Shown here piece after piece: positions 50,413 through 61,249 of a stretch of 64,000 bases of DNA; positions within the stretch are counted from its first letter, which is position 1, and each line of letters starts with the position of its first letter. Made by a program: the position numbers and the translations under genes. The notes beneath the pieces are model-generated. The model saw only the letters and a program-made list of their open reading frames with translations, had not been told where the DNA came from and did not search any database. This stretch comes from Candidatus Latescibacterota bacterium. GTDB taxonomy: Bacteria; Latescibacterota; UBA2968; GCA-2709665. The stretch covers positions 544,001 to 608,000 of the forward strand of contig CBDDDZ010000002.1 of the NCBI GenBank assembly GCA_965226795.1. Direction: 5' to 3'.

Positions 50413-52392
50413 GTGTCTACCGTTGCAGATCAGATCTCCGAGGCCATGCCCGACGCCCGCCTCGCGGAGTCCCGTCACGTCCACACCCCGTGGACGCTGG
50501 CGGCCTGTTCAACGCTTGAAGAATGGGAAGCCCGTGCCGCGCATATCAGGAAACACATTCTCGTTGTTCTGGGTCTGTACCCTTTACCCGAAGAGACCCC
50601 TCTCAATCCCCTTGTGTTCGGAAGGGTGGAACGCGGGGCCTATTCCGTCGAGAAAGTTTTCTTCGAGTCGCTACCGGGGTTCCTGGTGTGCGGCAACCTG
50701 TATCGTCCGTTGACTGAAGGACCTCACCCGGGCATTGCCTGCCCCCACGGCCACTGCCGTCGAGGTCGCCTGGAGAACGACGACACCGCTTTCGGGTCCA
50801 TTCCGGGTCGCTGTATCAATCTGGCTCGTCAGGGTCATATCGTCCTTTCCTACGACATGGCGGGGTACAATGACAGCAGCCAGATCGAGCATCGGAAATA
50901 CGGCGGGCGCGTGGAAGACCTATGGGGTATCGGCATTCTGGGGCTGCAACTGTGGAACAGCATCCGCGTTATCGACTTCCTGCAGTCCCTTCCAGACGTG
51001 GACCCGGACCGGATCGGCTGCACCGGCGCATCGGGCGGCGGCACCCAGACCTTCATGCTCGCCGCCGTGGACGACCGGGTCAAGGTTGCGGCGCCGGTCA
51101 ATATGATCTCGGCCCACATGCAGGGCGGATGCAACTGTGAAAACCAGGCCCATCTCCGCCTGGACGTCAACAATGTCGAGATCGCGGCCGCAATGGCGCC
51201 GCGCCCGCTTTTCCTCGTCTCCGCCTCCGGCGACTGGACCTGCAATACCCCCGAGGTGGAGTATCCGGCAATCCGGGAAATTTACCGTATGTACAACGCC
51301 GAAGACAGAGTAGGCACCGCCCAGGTGGACGCCGGGCACAACTATAATCGAAAGAGCCGCGAATACGTTTACAGATGGTTCGGAAAATGGCTGCTCGGCA
51401 GGGACGAACCGTTCATGGAGCGTGCCTTTACTGTGGAACCCGACGAGGATTTGCTGGTTTTCCACAGCCGGAAGCCGCCCTCCCACGCACTGGATGCGGA
51501 CGGGCTCACGAATTTCCTGATCGCCAGATCCGAGGTGCGCCTTAAAGACGCACTGCCGGATAACCCGGCCTCCATGCGCCGGTTCAAAGAGGGGATGGGT
51601 CCGGCGCTTCAACACGCAATCTCCGCCACGTACCCGAAGGCGCTTATCGCGAGGGATATGGGGCGTACCAGGAACAGGAACCGCATCATCCAGCGGCTCC
51701 TGCTAGGCCGGCGGGATTTCGGGGACCGCGTTCCGGCCCGACTGTTTCTGCCTCGAAACGGCCTGGAGAAGTCCCCGGGCACGCTCCTGGTACACCCTGG
51801 CGGAAATGACGCCCTCTCCGATCCGGATAACGGCTCACCCGGCCTCGTGGTCGCCGACCTGCTCCGCCGGGGCCAACGGGTTCTTGCCATCAGCCCGTTC
51901 CTCGTCGGTTCGTCTCCTTCAAACTCGGGTCGCCGCGACACCGATGTGCCCCTTTTCCACACCTACAACTCCTGCGATGCGACCTGTAGAATACAGGACA
52001 TCCTCACGGCCCTGGCCTATCTTCGGACCCGTGCCGACGTGACATCCATTCATCTTCAGGGCATGGGCGCCGCGGGGCTCTGGTGCCTGTTCGCGCGCGC
52101 CCTGGCGCCTGGCGTCGGCCGCACCGTCGTCGACGGCAACCGGTTACGGGCCAGCGACGACGCGTATTGGGCCGAACACCTCTTCATCCCGGCCATCCGC
52201 GCCGCCGGCGACCTTCGCACGGCCGCCGCGCTGATCGCGCCTGCGCCGCTCTTCGTCCACAACACGGGCGCAGACTTCCCCATAGACGAATTTCGCTCGT
52301 CTTACCGCGCCGCGGAAGCCTGCTCATCCCTGACGATCTCACGTCGGCGGGTCAACCGAAGGGCGTTGCACGACTGGCTCACGGATTCCTGA
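50413..52392 (+). CDS. Two-domain alpha/beta hydrolase (acetylxylan esterase-like)
   Basis: VEKVFFESLPG, PHGH, VDPDRIGCTGASGGGTQT and GHNY. Confidence 0.85.
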   Translation: MSTVADQISEAMPDARLAESRHVHTPWTLAACSTLEEWEARAAHIRKHILVVLGLYPLPEETPLNPLVFGRVERGAYSVEKVFFESLPGFLVCGNLYRPLTEGPHPGIACPHGHCRRGRLENDDTAFGSIPGRCINLARQGHIVLSYDMAGYNDSSQIEHRKYGGRVEDLWGIGILGLQLWNSIRVIDFLQSLPDVDPDRIGCTGASGGGTQTFMLAAVDDRVKVAAPVNMISAHMQGGCNCENQAHLRLDVNNVEIAAAMAPRPLFLVSASGDWTCNTPEVEYPAIREIYRMYNAEDRVGTAQVDAGHNYNRKSREYVYRWFGKWLLGRDEPFMERAFTVEPDEDLLVFHSRKPPSHALDADGLTNFLIARSEVRLKDALPDNPASMRRFKEGMGPALQHAISATYPKALIARDMGRTRNRNRIIQRLLLGRRDFGDRVPARLFLPRNGLEKSPGTLLVHPGGNDALSDPDNGSPGLVVADLLRRGQRVLAISPFLVGSSPSNSGRRDTDVPLFHTYNSCDATCRIQDILTALAYLRTRADVTSIHLQGMGAAGLWCLFARALAPGVGRTVVDGNRLRASDDAYWAEHLFIPAIRAAGDLRTAAALIAPAPLFVHNTGADFPIDEFRSSYRAAEACSSLTISRRRVNRRALHDWLTDS

Positions 52393-52417
52393 CCACGCTT
52401 CTCACCTGGACCTCGTA

Positions 52418-53728
52418 ATGAAGATCGCCCACATTTCGGATTTTCATCTCCGCCATCATCTCCCCGGCACTTCCACCATATCCCGCCGTCTCAGCCGGCA
52501 CATGCCTGGCCTCATATCACAGGCGGTGGAACGCATTCGCGTGGAATCTCCCGATCTCGTCGTGGTCACTGGCGACCTGGTCGACCATCCCTTTTATGGA
52601 ATGCACGACCCGGAACTCATCGCGCTTGGAGAGAAGGACCTCCGTCTTGTCCGGGAATGCTTTGCGCCGCTGACCTGTCCGGTCGCCTGGCTCTACGGCA
52701 ACCACGACCATCCGGGATCCTTTCACAGCGTCTTCGGCGACCTGCCCGTGGATTTCGACGTGGCGGGTTATCGCGTCGTGATCTTTTTGGATGACGAAGT
52801 TGAAGACCACTTTCCGCAGCGAATGGGGGCGCAGCGCGAACGGTTTCTCGCCGCGTTGAACGACGACAATCCGCAGCCGCAGATCCACCTCCAGCACTAC
52901 CTGGTCGCGCCCGAGCGTACGGGCGGCTATCCCCACGCCTACCGCGAGGCCGGAAGCCTGAAGGCGGCCCTCCTGGCCGACAGCCGGGAGCGCCTTGTGC
53001 TGAGCGGACACTATCACAAAGGCGACAGCCTCTTCAGCGAGGGTCGCGTCCACTTCGCCAATGCGCCCGCATTCGGGGAACCGCCCCATCCGTTTCGCAT
53101 CTACACCACCGATGAGACCGGCGTCACACAGACCGAACATCAACTGTGTTCGCCAGATGCACAAAAGCGCGGCGCCGTCTTCCTGGACCGCGACGGCACC
53201 GTCAGCCCTGAGCCGGCCTACCGTACCGGTCCTGAGCACTTTAGCCTGCTTCCCGGCGCGGAGGAAGCCCTTTTGAGATTGAAGCGTGCCGGTTACGCCC
53301 TCGTTATTGTCTCGAACCAGACTGCCGTTGGCCAGGGATACGTCACCACCGAAACCGTCGGCGCCGTGAACGACCGCATGGCCGCGATGCTCGGATCTTC
53401 CAGTGTGGAACTGGACGGGGTCTACTGCCGGTACGACAGTCGGGGAGCGGTGTTACCTGAACATCGTACGGACACCCCGGAAACCAAACCCAGTCCCGCC
53501 ATGCTGTATGCCGCGGCCGACGACCTCAACCTTAACCTTGCCTCGTCTTTCATGATCGGCGACAGAAATAGCGACGTGGACGCCGGGAGAAACGCCGGCT
53601 GCCGTGCCACCATTCTTGTGAAAACAGGCTCCGGTCTGGAGGCGCTCGCGAATATGCCTCCCGGACACGCGGATTTCGTAGCCGCCGACCTCGCCGCCGC
53701 CGCGGACTGGATTCTGGAGCAGGGATGA
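52418..53728 (+). CDS. Calcineurin-like metallophosphoesterase fused to a GmhB/HisB-type HAD-IIIA phosphatase
   Basis: HISDFH, TGDLVD, GNHD and SGHYH, followed by FLDRDGT, VSNQ, KPSPAM and MIGDRNSD. Confidence 0.88.
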   Translation: MKIAHISDFHLRHHLPGTSTISRRLSRHMPGLISQAVERIRVESPDLVVVTGDLVDHPFYGMHDPELIALGEKDLRLVRECFAPLTCPVAWLYGNHDHPGSFHSVFGDLPVDFDVAGYRVVIFLDDEVEDHFPQRMGAQRERFLAALNDDNPQPQIHLQHYLVAPERTGGYPHAYREAGSLKAALLADSRERLVLSGHYHKGDSLFSEGRVHFANAPAFGEPPHPFRIYTTDETGVTQTEHQLCSPDAQKRGAVFLDRDGTVSPEPAYRTGPEHFSLLPGAEEALLRLKRAGYALVIVSNQTAVGQGYVTTETVGAVNDRMAAMLGSSSVELDGVYCRYDSRGAVLPEHRTDTPETKPSPAMLYAAADDLNLNLASSFMIGDRNSDVDAGRNAGCRATILVKTGSGLEALANMPPGHADFVAADLAAAADWILEQG

Positions 53729-54351
53729 TGACAGGACTCTCCGTCCGATCCGTTCTTCGGGTCCTGATTCCGGCGGCCGCCGTGGCCGTGCTCATCGGTG
53801 TTGTCCTCACCGTGTATTCACGGGAACTGGACCGACGCCTTGGCTCCGGGCCGGAAAAACCCGCATCATCCGATCTACCGTCCATCCTGCACAGAGTCGC
53901 TGACTCGCTTTCGGCGGCGGACCTGGCCGGGACGCTGGCCCAACAATTGGTTCCGCCGCGAAGCCCGAATCATGCAGACGGTCTGAAGCGGATCTGTTTC
54001 GCCGTTCTGCTACCCCTCAAATACAAAAAAGAAAGCCTGCTGGCTTTCTTTTTTGACCGCACTTCGTTCGCCTTTCCTCGAAAAACCCCCGTGCGGGGCT
54101 TCGCGCGCGCCGCACGCGCCTATTTCGGCCTATCTCCGTGCCGGCTGACCACGGGGGAAGCCATCCTGCTGTTCCATATTGCCCGCTTTCCCGACGCACC
54201 GGTACCGGTAAACGACCCTGAACGAACCCTGGAACTTCGGAACCGCCTCCTTCTGGATCTCCAGAATGACAAACTGATTACGCCGGCACAGTACCGTTCC
54301 GAATCCAGCCGCCCGCTCATTCTGTCCGGCCGCCATCCGGCCGTGTGGTGA
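53725..54351 (+). CDS. Degenerate GT51 transglycosylase-like protein
   Basis: N-terminal TM, GTLAQQL and GFARAARAYFG...LTTGEAILL; no EDxxFxxHxG motif. Confidence 0.6.
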   Translation: MMTGLSVRSVLRVLIPAAAVAVLIGVVLTVYSRELDRRLGSGPEKPASSDLPSILHRVADSLSAADLAGTLAQQLVPPRSPNHADGLKRICFAVLLPLKYKKESLLAFFFDRTSFAFPRKTPVRGFARAARAYFGLSPCRLTTGEAILLFHIARFPDAPVPVNDPERTLELRNRLLLDLQNDKLITPAQYRSESSRPLILSGRHPAVW

Positions 54352-54605
54352 GAGACAGCGTTTTCGCCCCGCGCCAATCGTATTCTCGTGGCTTGCGCGA
54401 GGTTACCGGTGTATGCGGCTCCGGTCATAATTCGTTATATTGTCGTGTCCTGAGCAGGTGTACGGCGTCCAACCCGCAAGCCCAGATGTGAAACCCTGCC
54501 CACCTGCATCCGAGTGACGATGCGATAGCTATTGCGGCTACGGCTACCGGTTGACCACCCTCCGCAAGGCGTCGCCAGCCCATCTCCCGTTGCCGTCCTA
54601 TCCAT

Positions 54606-54754
54606 TGAGGGGTCATATAATTCGGGCCTCTATCCGTATTTCCGCCAACCGGGAGGGTTTGGCAAGCGGATTGCGCGACAGAGGCCCGCGTCCTGATTCA
54701 TCATATGTTATCCGAATTTTCGACTCCGAGTCAACCCCCGGCGATCGAATCCGG
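54606..54754 (-). ncRNA. Candidate promoter plus structured RNA element (copy 1)
   Basis: TTGACT-18-TAACAT followed by a CGGGCCTCT/AGAGGCCCG stem; homologous to 59935-60084. Confidence 0.5.
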
Positions 54755-54807
54755 TGGTTTTTTTTCTGACTGACCCGGATTAACGGTGGCAACTTGCGGT
54801 TCTACGC

Positions 54808-54846
54808 AATTAACTTTTTACGGACCACGTTTTTGACGTTCGCGCA
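54808..54846. repeat. 39-bp direct repeat, left copy (duplicate of the 3' end of the 61241-61984 gene)
   Basis: 36 of 39 bases identical to 61244-61282. Confidence 0.85.
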
Positions 54847-55417
54847 CGGTTGGTCGAGTCATCAATACCGATCGCCTGGATTCCGAACCACACGCAGGAG
54901 TGTGTGTGGATAATCGAAGGCGGGAAGGTCCTGGATCGCCACACGAAGGCAGGGAAAGCGATCACTCCTTCCATGGCGTTGGTTGAGTGATCGGCCACTG
55001 TCCATATTCCCGCTACGTCGTCCCCAAGTCAGGGCGCTCGATGATGCGTACGCTCGTTGTGGTCAACCGGGGAAGAAGCGCTCGCGCAGGGTCCCGATCT
55101 CTTGTGCAGGCTCCTCTGTCGGCTTGATTCGCCCCTCCTCGTTCCGCCGTTGTGACCCGAGTGTTTGGAACCGACACCATGCACCCGGTATTTTCAGTGA
55201 AAAAAAGACCGGAATTTCATTGGGACTTTACAAATCATATTGCAACGCTGATAGATTTGATACATATTCAGCGACAGACAAGCGTCGCGGTCGGTGCGGG
55301 CAGGCGGGTGAAGGATGCCCTCACAAGAGGCTGGCGCTGTCGTATTTCAGGCTATGGAGACCATGGTCGATCCTTGTGGAGGTGTTTTCCGCAATGGCAA
55401 CAGTAAAGGAGTGCGGC

Positions 55418-58400
55418 ATGGGTAACGAAATCTTCGACAAGAAAACGGCGGTGTCGATGCTGGTGCTCATCGCGCTGTTTTGCAGCCTTTCGGTGTCTGG
55501 CGCCGGTGTGGGTGGAATGGAGGAGGACCACCGGACGTGGCATCTGCCTGAGGGCGCGACTACGCGCCTGGGAAAAGGAGCTATTGGATCGGGGGACCGT
55601 GCGCTGGCCCTTTCTCCGGACGAGGGAACGCTGGCCGTGGCCAGCAGCATCGGCGTTTGGCTGTACGATGTGGCCACGGCCCGTACCCTGGCGCTGTTGC
55701 CGAGTCCAGTCCGGGTCAATTCGGTTGTGTTTTCCACGGATGGCGGTACGCTGGCCACAGCGTCGGAGGATGGGGCTGTGAGGCTGTGGGACGTGGCCAC
55801 GGGAATGGAGATCGCCACCCTCGAAGGGCATACGGGTAGAGTCACTTCGGTGATGTTTTCGCCGGAAGGGGACATGCTGGCCTCCGCGTCGGCGGACGGC
55901 ACGGTGAGGCTGTGGGACGTGGGCACCCGAACGGAGGCCGCCACCCTCGAAGGGCATACGGGCAATGTGAATTCGGTGATGTTTTCGCCGGATGGGGGGA
56001 CACTGGCCTCCGCGTCTTCGGATGGATCGGTAATTCTGTGGGACGTGGCCACGGAATCACAGGTCGGCGCTCTCGAAGGGGATACGGGTGCGGTCAACTC
56101 GGTGGCGTTTTCGACGAATGGGGACACGCTGGCCTCCGCGTCTTCGGATGGATCGGTAATTCTGTGGGACGTGGCCACGGAATCACAGGTCGACACTCTC
56201 GAAGGGGATACGGGTGCGGTCAACTCGGTGGCGTTTTCGCCGGATGGTGGCACGCTGGCCTCCGCGTCTTCGGATGGATCGGTGTTGCTTTGGGACGTCG
56301 CCAGGCGAAGAGTGGCCGACACCCTCGAAGGGCACACGGGTAGCGTCACTTCGGTGGTGTTTTCGACGGATGGTGCCACGCTGGCCTCCGCGTCGGAGGA
56401 TGGCACGGCCAGGCTGTGGGACGTGGAGACAGGGTATTTCGTCGCACTGACCGGGTATAAATCCGCGGTCAACTCGGTGGTGTTTTCGACGGACGGAGAC
56501 ACGCTGGTCTACGGGTCGGCGGATGGATCGGTAATTCTGTGGGACGTGGCCACAGAATCACAGATCAGTGCTTTCGAAGGGCACAGAGGGGGTGTCACTT
56601 CGGTGGCGTTTTCGCCGGTCGGGGACACGTTGGCCACTGCGTCAGCGGATAGCACGGTGAGGTTGTGGGACGTGGCCTCGCAATCACAGGCCGCCATCCT
56701 GGAAGGGCATACGGGTAAAGTCACTTCGGTGGTGTTTTCACCGGATGGCGGCACGCTGGCCTCCGGGTCGGAGGATGGTACGGCCAGGCTGTGGGACGTG
56801 GCCTCGCAATCACCGGCAGCCGCCCTCGAGCGGCATACGGGTAAAGTCACTTCGGTGGCGTTTTCACCGGATGGCGGCACGCTGGCCACCGTATCAGAGG
56901 ATGGCACGGTGAGGTTATGGGACGTCGCCATGCGAAGAGTGGTCTCCACCCACGAAGGGCATAGAGGGGGTGTCACTTCGGTGGTGTTTTCACCGGACGG
57001 CGGCACGCTGGCCTCCGGGTCGGAGGATGGCACTGTGAGGTTGTGGGACGTGGCCTCGAAAACACACGTCGCCACCCTGCAAGGACATTCGGACGGGGTC
57101 GAATCACTGGCGTTTTCGCAGGACGGCAGCAGGCTGGCCTCCGGGTCACACGACAACACAACCAAGGTTTGGGACGTGACGGCGCGAACCGAGGTCGCGA
57201 CATTGGAGGGACATAACGGCGACGTCCGTTCGGTTGTGTTTTCGTCGGATTGGGCCACGTTGGCCTCCGGGTCGGAGGATGGCACGGTGCTGCTGTGGGA
57301 TCTGTCGGCGTGGCCGGGTCTCCGACCATTCGGTCTGGAGGTTATCTCCGGCGACGGACAGGAGGGCGCGCCGGGTAGTGCGCTTGCCAACCCCCTGATC
57401 GTGGAGGTGAAAGATCAGAATGGCGAGCCCCTGCCGGATGTCGGCGTCACCTATACTGTCACGGCCGGCGACGGCAAGCTCAGCGGGCGGTTCACAGTCC
57501 AGCATACGCGGACGGATGCGGATGGCCTCGCAGCCACCACCCTGACGCTGGGTGCCCGGGCGGGCACGAACACCGTTGCGGTAACGCTCGGCGGTCGTGA
57601 GTTAGCGACGTTTTCCGCAGAAGGTGTGGGAACCCCCGTGGTCGTGTTGGACGGGGACTACCGGAAGTGGCGTCTGCCCGAGGGGGCTACGGCGCGCCTG
57701 GGCAAAGGCGCCATTGGCCAGAGCGACCGCGCGGTGGCTCTTTCGCCGGATGGACGAACACTGGCCGTGGCCAGCGGTATCGGTGTCTGGTTGTATGAAG
57801 TGAGCACCTCCCGCGCCACCGCATTGCTCCCAAGTCGCGCTCGTGTCCATTCAGTGGCGTTTTCAGGGCACGGCACCCTCGCGGCGGGGTTGAACGACGG
57901 CCAGGTCGAACTATGGAATGTAGAGTTTGGCGCACGGGTCGCCACCCTGAAGGGTCATGCGGATCGGGTCAATTCGGTGGTGTTTTCGACGGACGGCGCA
58001 ACGCTCGCCTCTGGTGCGGAGGATGCCACGATCAAGCTGTGGGACGCGGCCACGCAAACAGAAGTCGCCACATTGCGGCGGCACACGATTGGGGTCACTT
58101 CGGTGGCATTTTCTCCGGATGGCGGCCGGCTGGCTTCCGGATCGAGCGACCATACGGTTAAACTCTGGGACGTGGCCGCTCGATCCGAGGTCGCCACTCT
58201 CGAGGGGCATACGGATGGCGTCACTTCGGTGGTGTTTTCACAGAATGGGAGCACGCTGGCCTCCGGGTCGACTGACCGCACGGTTAAACTCTGGGACGTG
58301 GTCGCTCGATCCGAGGTCGCCACTCTCGAGGGGCATACGGATGGCGTCACTTCGGTGGTGTTTTCGCAGAATGGGAGCACGCTGGCCTCCGGATCGGGCG

Positions 58401-59653
58401 ACCGCACGGTCAAGCTGTGGGACGTGGCCACGCGAGATCTGATCAACACCCTGGAAGAGCATGCGGATAGAGTCTATTCGGTGGCGATCTCGCGCGATGG
58501 CTCCCTTCTCGCCACCGGGGCAGCGGACGGCACGGTCATCGTAAGGGATGTAGAGACGGGCAATGCCGGGGCAGTCTACGGGCATACGTCTCTGTCGTCG
58601 ATGGCGCTTACGTCAGATGGCGGCGTACTGGCCTCGGGGTCGCAGGATGGGACGGTCCGGTTATGGGACGTGGCCACGCAAACCGAGGTCGCCACTCTCG
58701 AAGGACATAGTGGCTGGGTCTATTCGGTGGCGTTCTCGTCGGACGGGAGCACGCTGGCCTCGGGGTCGCAGGACGGCACGGTCCGTTTATGGGACGTCGC
58801 CACGCGAACCGAGGTCGCCACGCTCGAAGGGAGTAGTAGCTGGGTCTATTCGGTGATATTCTCGCCAGACGGGAGCACGCTGGCCTCGGGGTCGAGGCAT
58901 GGCACGGTTAAGCTGTGGAACGTGGCTACGGGTACCGACGTCGCCACGCTCGAAGGCCAAGGGCACACGGGCGGAGTGGGCTCAGTGGCGTTCTCGCCGG
59001 ATGGGAGCACGCTGGCCGCCGGGTCGAGCGACAACACGGTCAAGCTTTGGGACGTGGCCACACGGACCGAGGTCGACATTCTCGAAGGACATACTGGCTG
59101 GGTCAATTCGGCGGTGTTTTCGCGGGACGGGACGACGCTGGTGTCGGGTTCGCAGGATGGCACGGTCCGGTTGTGGGACGTGGGCACGCGAACCGAGACG
59201 GCCACGCTCGAAGGGCACAGTGGATGGGTCTATTCGGTGGCGTTCTCGCCGGATGAGGACTCACTGGCCTCGGGGTCGCAGGACGGCACGGTCCGGCTAT
59301 GGGACGTGGCCACGCGAACCGGGACGGCCACGCTCGAAGGGCACAGTGGATGGGTCTATTCGGTGGCGTTCTCGCCGGATGGCAGCACGCTGGTTTCCGG
59401 ATCACGGGATGGCTCAATGCTGATGTGGAATATCGCGCCGGCGGTTCCACCGCCGACGGATCAACCGCAGACTGCCGATCCCGACTTCAACGACGACGGT
59501 AGTGTCGGCTTTGCCGATTTTGTGCTGTTCGCGCAACAGTTCGGCTTGCGCGAAGGCGATGCGGGATATGACGCGAAGTACGACCTGGACGAGGATGGCG
59601 CCATCGGCTTCGGTGATTTCGTGATATTCGCCAACGCGTTCGGGAAGAGTTAA
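55418..59653 (+). CDS. Secreted WD40-repeat protein: two WD40 blocks, central Ig-like domain, C-terminal EF-hand/dockerin-like tag
   Basis: RBS AAAGGAG and signal peptide; many GH..VxSVxFSPDG..LASGS.DGTVRLWD units; ISGDGQEG..PLIVEVKDQNG; DFNDDGSVGFADF..YDLDEDGAIGFGDF. Confidence 0.92.
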   Translation: MGNEIFDKKTAVSMLVLIALFCSLSVSGAGVGGMEEDHRTWHLPEGATTRLGKGAIGSGDRALALSPDEGTLAVASSIGVWLYDVATARTLALLPSPVRVNSVVFSTDGGTLATASEDGAVRLWDVATGMEIATLEGHTGRVTSVMFSPEGDMLASASADGTVRLWDVGTRTEAATLEGHTGNVNSVMFSPDGGTLASASSDGSVILWDVATESQVGALEGDTGAVNSVAFSTNGDTLASASSDGSVILWDVATESQVDTLEGDTGAVNSVAFSPDGGTLASASSDGSVLLWDVARRRVADTLEGHTGSVTSVVFSTDGATLASASEDGTARLWDVETGYFVALTGYKSAVNSVVFSTDGDTLVYGSADGSVILWDVATESQISAFEGHRGGVTSVAFSPVGDTLATASADSTVRLWDVASQSQAAILEGHTGKVTSVVFSPDGGTLASGSEDGTARLWDVASQSPAAALERHTGKVTSVAFSPDGGTLATVSEDGTVRLWDVAMRRVVSTHEGHRGGVTSVVFSPDGGTLASGSEDGTVRLWDVASKTHVATLQGHSDGVESLAFSQDGSRLASGSHDNTTKVWDVTARTEVATLEGHNGDVRSVVFSSDWATLASGSEDGTVLLWDLSAWPGLRPFGLEVISGDGQEGAPGSALANPLIVEVKDQNGEPLPDVGVTYTVTAGDGKLSGRFTVQHTRTDADGLAATTLTLGARAGTNTVAVTLGGRELATFSAEGVGTPVVVLDGDYRKWRLPEGATARLGKGAIGQSDRAVALSPDGRTLAVASGIGVWLYEVSTSRATALLPSRARVHSVAFSGHGTLAAGLNDGQVELWNVEFGARVATLKGHADRVNSVVFSTDGATLASGAEDATIKLWDAATQTEVATLRRHTIGVTSVAFSPDGGRLASGSSDHTVKLWDVAARSEVATLEGHTDGVTSVVFSQNGSTLASGSTDRTVKLWDVVARSEVATLEGHTDGVTSVVFSQNGSTLASGSGDRTVKLWDVATRDLINTLEEHADRVYSVAISRDGSLLATGAADGTVIVRDVETGNAGAVYGHTSLSSMALTSDGGVLASGSQDGTVRLWDVATQTEVATLEGHSGWVYSVAFSSDGSTLASGSQDGTVRLWDVATRTEVATLEGSSSWVYSVIFSPDGSTLASGSRHGTVKLWNVATGTDVATLEGQGHTGGVGSVAFSPDGSTLAAGSSDNTVKLWDVATRTEVDILEGHTGWVNSAVFSRDGTTLVSGSQDGTVRLWDVGTRTETATLEGHSGWVYSVAFSPDEDSLASGSQDGTVRLWDVATRTGTATLEGHSGWVYSVAFSPDGSTLVSGSRDGSMLMWNIAPAVPPPTDQPQTADPDFNDDGSVGFADFVLFAQQFGLREGDAGYDAKYDLDEDGAIGFGDFVIFANAFGKS

Positions 59654-59934
59654 GCCACTGAAGTCAGATCGCCCTTCATTGAATGATCCGGGCCACCTTG
59701 TCGGAGGTTGCGGTCGGGTTTTGTCCTGGAGTAATGTCCGGTCGCCGCTGCGGTTGAGCACACGCCCACAGTTTTTCGGATTCGCTCAGTACGCATCTCG
59801 AACGCCGCCTCACAACGTCCCGACACGCCGAAGGACCGTCAATTCCCGGATCGAAACGGCCGCCATGTCGGCCTCTCGGTGAGCATCGCCGTCACCGACA
59901 GTGTCGAATGGAAGGCACACATCCCCGGAGATCC

Positions 59935-60084
59935 TGAGGGGGATAATTAATTCGGGCCTCCATCCGTGCGTCCGCCGGCCGGGAGGGGAGGCAAACGGCG
60001 CGCACTATAGAGGCCCGCGTCCTGATTCATCCAAAACTTTACCCGATTTCCGATTGCGTGTCAAGCCCCTGCAATCGAAACCGG
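59935..60084 (-). ncRNA. Candidate promoter plus structured RNA element (copy 2)
   Basis: TTGACA-17-TAAAGT followed by the same GATGAATCAGGACGCGGGCCTCT...GAGGCCCGAATTA. Confidence 0.5.
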
Positions 60085-60396
60085 AAGATTCATTGGCGTA
60101 CGGCCATATCGGGGTTCAATCCGGCCGCAAGCGGTTTTACCTGTTTAACTCGATGCACACTACTTCTCCACGCCCCGGCGCTCGTTGATGTGCACGCTCG
60201 CAGGGTCAACCGGGATTGAGGCGCTCACGAAGTGTTTCAATCTCGTGCACCATATTTGTTGCAACGCAAACGAATCTAATACTTTTTCAGCACCAGACAA
60301 GCTCGTCATAGAGGCGGGATCGTGTCTTGATTTTCTCACCAAGGTCGATACAGGTGGAGGGATTCTCCACAACGGCAAGGAAAGAGGAGTGCGGTT

Positions 60397-61249
60397 TTGG
60401 GTAACCCTATCTTCAACAAGAGAGCGATCGTGTCGAGGCTGGTGGTCTTGATGGTGCTTTGCGGTCTCCCGTGGGCGGGAGCCGCCGTGGAGGTGATGAA
60501 CGAGGACTCTCAGACCTGGCATCTGCCCGACGGCGCGACTGCACGCCTGGGCAGAGGTAGCTTTAGACTGAGTTATGGCATACTGGCTTATTCACCGGAC
60601 GGACGACATCTTGCAGTGGCCACGAATATCGGCGTGTGGCTGTACGAAATGGCCACGTTGCACGCCGTGGCGCTGCTGCCGAGTACTGCGGATGTGGATG
60701 CCGTAGTATTTTCCCCGGATGGCGGGACACTCGCTACCGGGTCGTGGGATCGGACGGTGAGGCTGTGGGACGTAGCGACGCGAACTGAGATCGCCTCCCT
60801 GGAACGCCACCGCACGCCAGTCCTTGTCGGTGGCGTTTTCGCCGGACGGTGGTATGCTGGCTTCCGGGTCGGGCGATGGTACGGTCAGGCTGTGGGATAT
60901 AGCCATGCGGTCTAAAGTCGCCACCTTGGAGGGACATCGGTGGAGCGTCGAGTCGTTAGCATTTTCGTGGGATGGCGGGACGCTGGCCTCTGGATCGGAG
61001 GATGGCACGGTGCTACTGTGGGATATGTCGCCTTATATCACTCCCCAATCCCGCGATCCCGATTTCGACGGCGACGGGTCTGTCGGGTTCTCCGACTTTT
61101 TGCAATTCGCGCAAAAGTTCGGATTGCGTGAAGGCGATGCGGGATATCACGCGAAGTACGATCTGGATAAGGATGGCGCCATCGGATTCGGCGATTTTCT
61201 GGAATTTGCCAATGCGTACGGGCAGAGTCAAGTCACTCTATTAAATTAA
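60397..61249 (+). pseudogene. Short paralog of the WD40/dockerin protein, frameshifted near 60822
   Basis: Same leader, signal peptide, WHLPDGATARLG cap and tag. There is one extra base at CCAGTCCTTGTCGG, and the TAA of the paralog is CAA here. Confidence 0.85.

Noticed and set aside
55600..59430. Regular repeats as a CRISPR array or DGR template/variable pair
   Set aside because: The units are in-frame 42-codon WD40 repeats with no unique spacers, no cas or RT gene, and no adenine-specific mismatch pattern that I could see.
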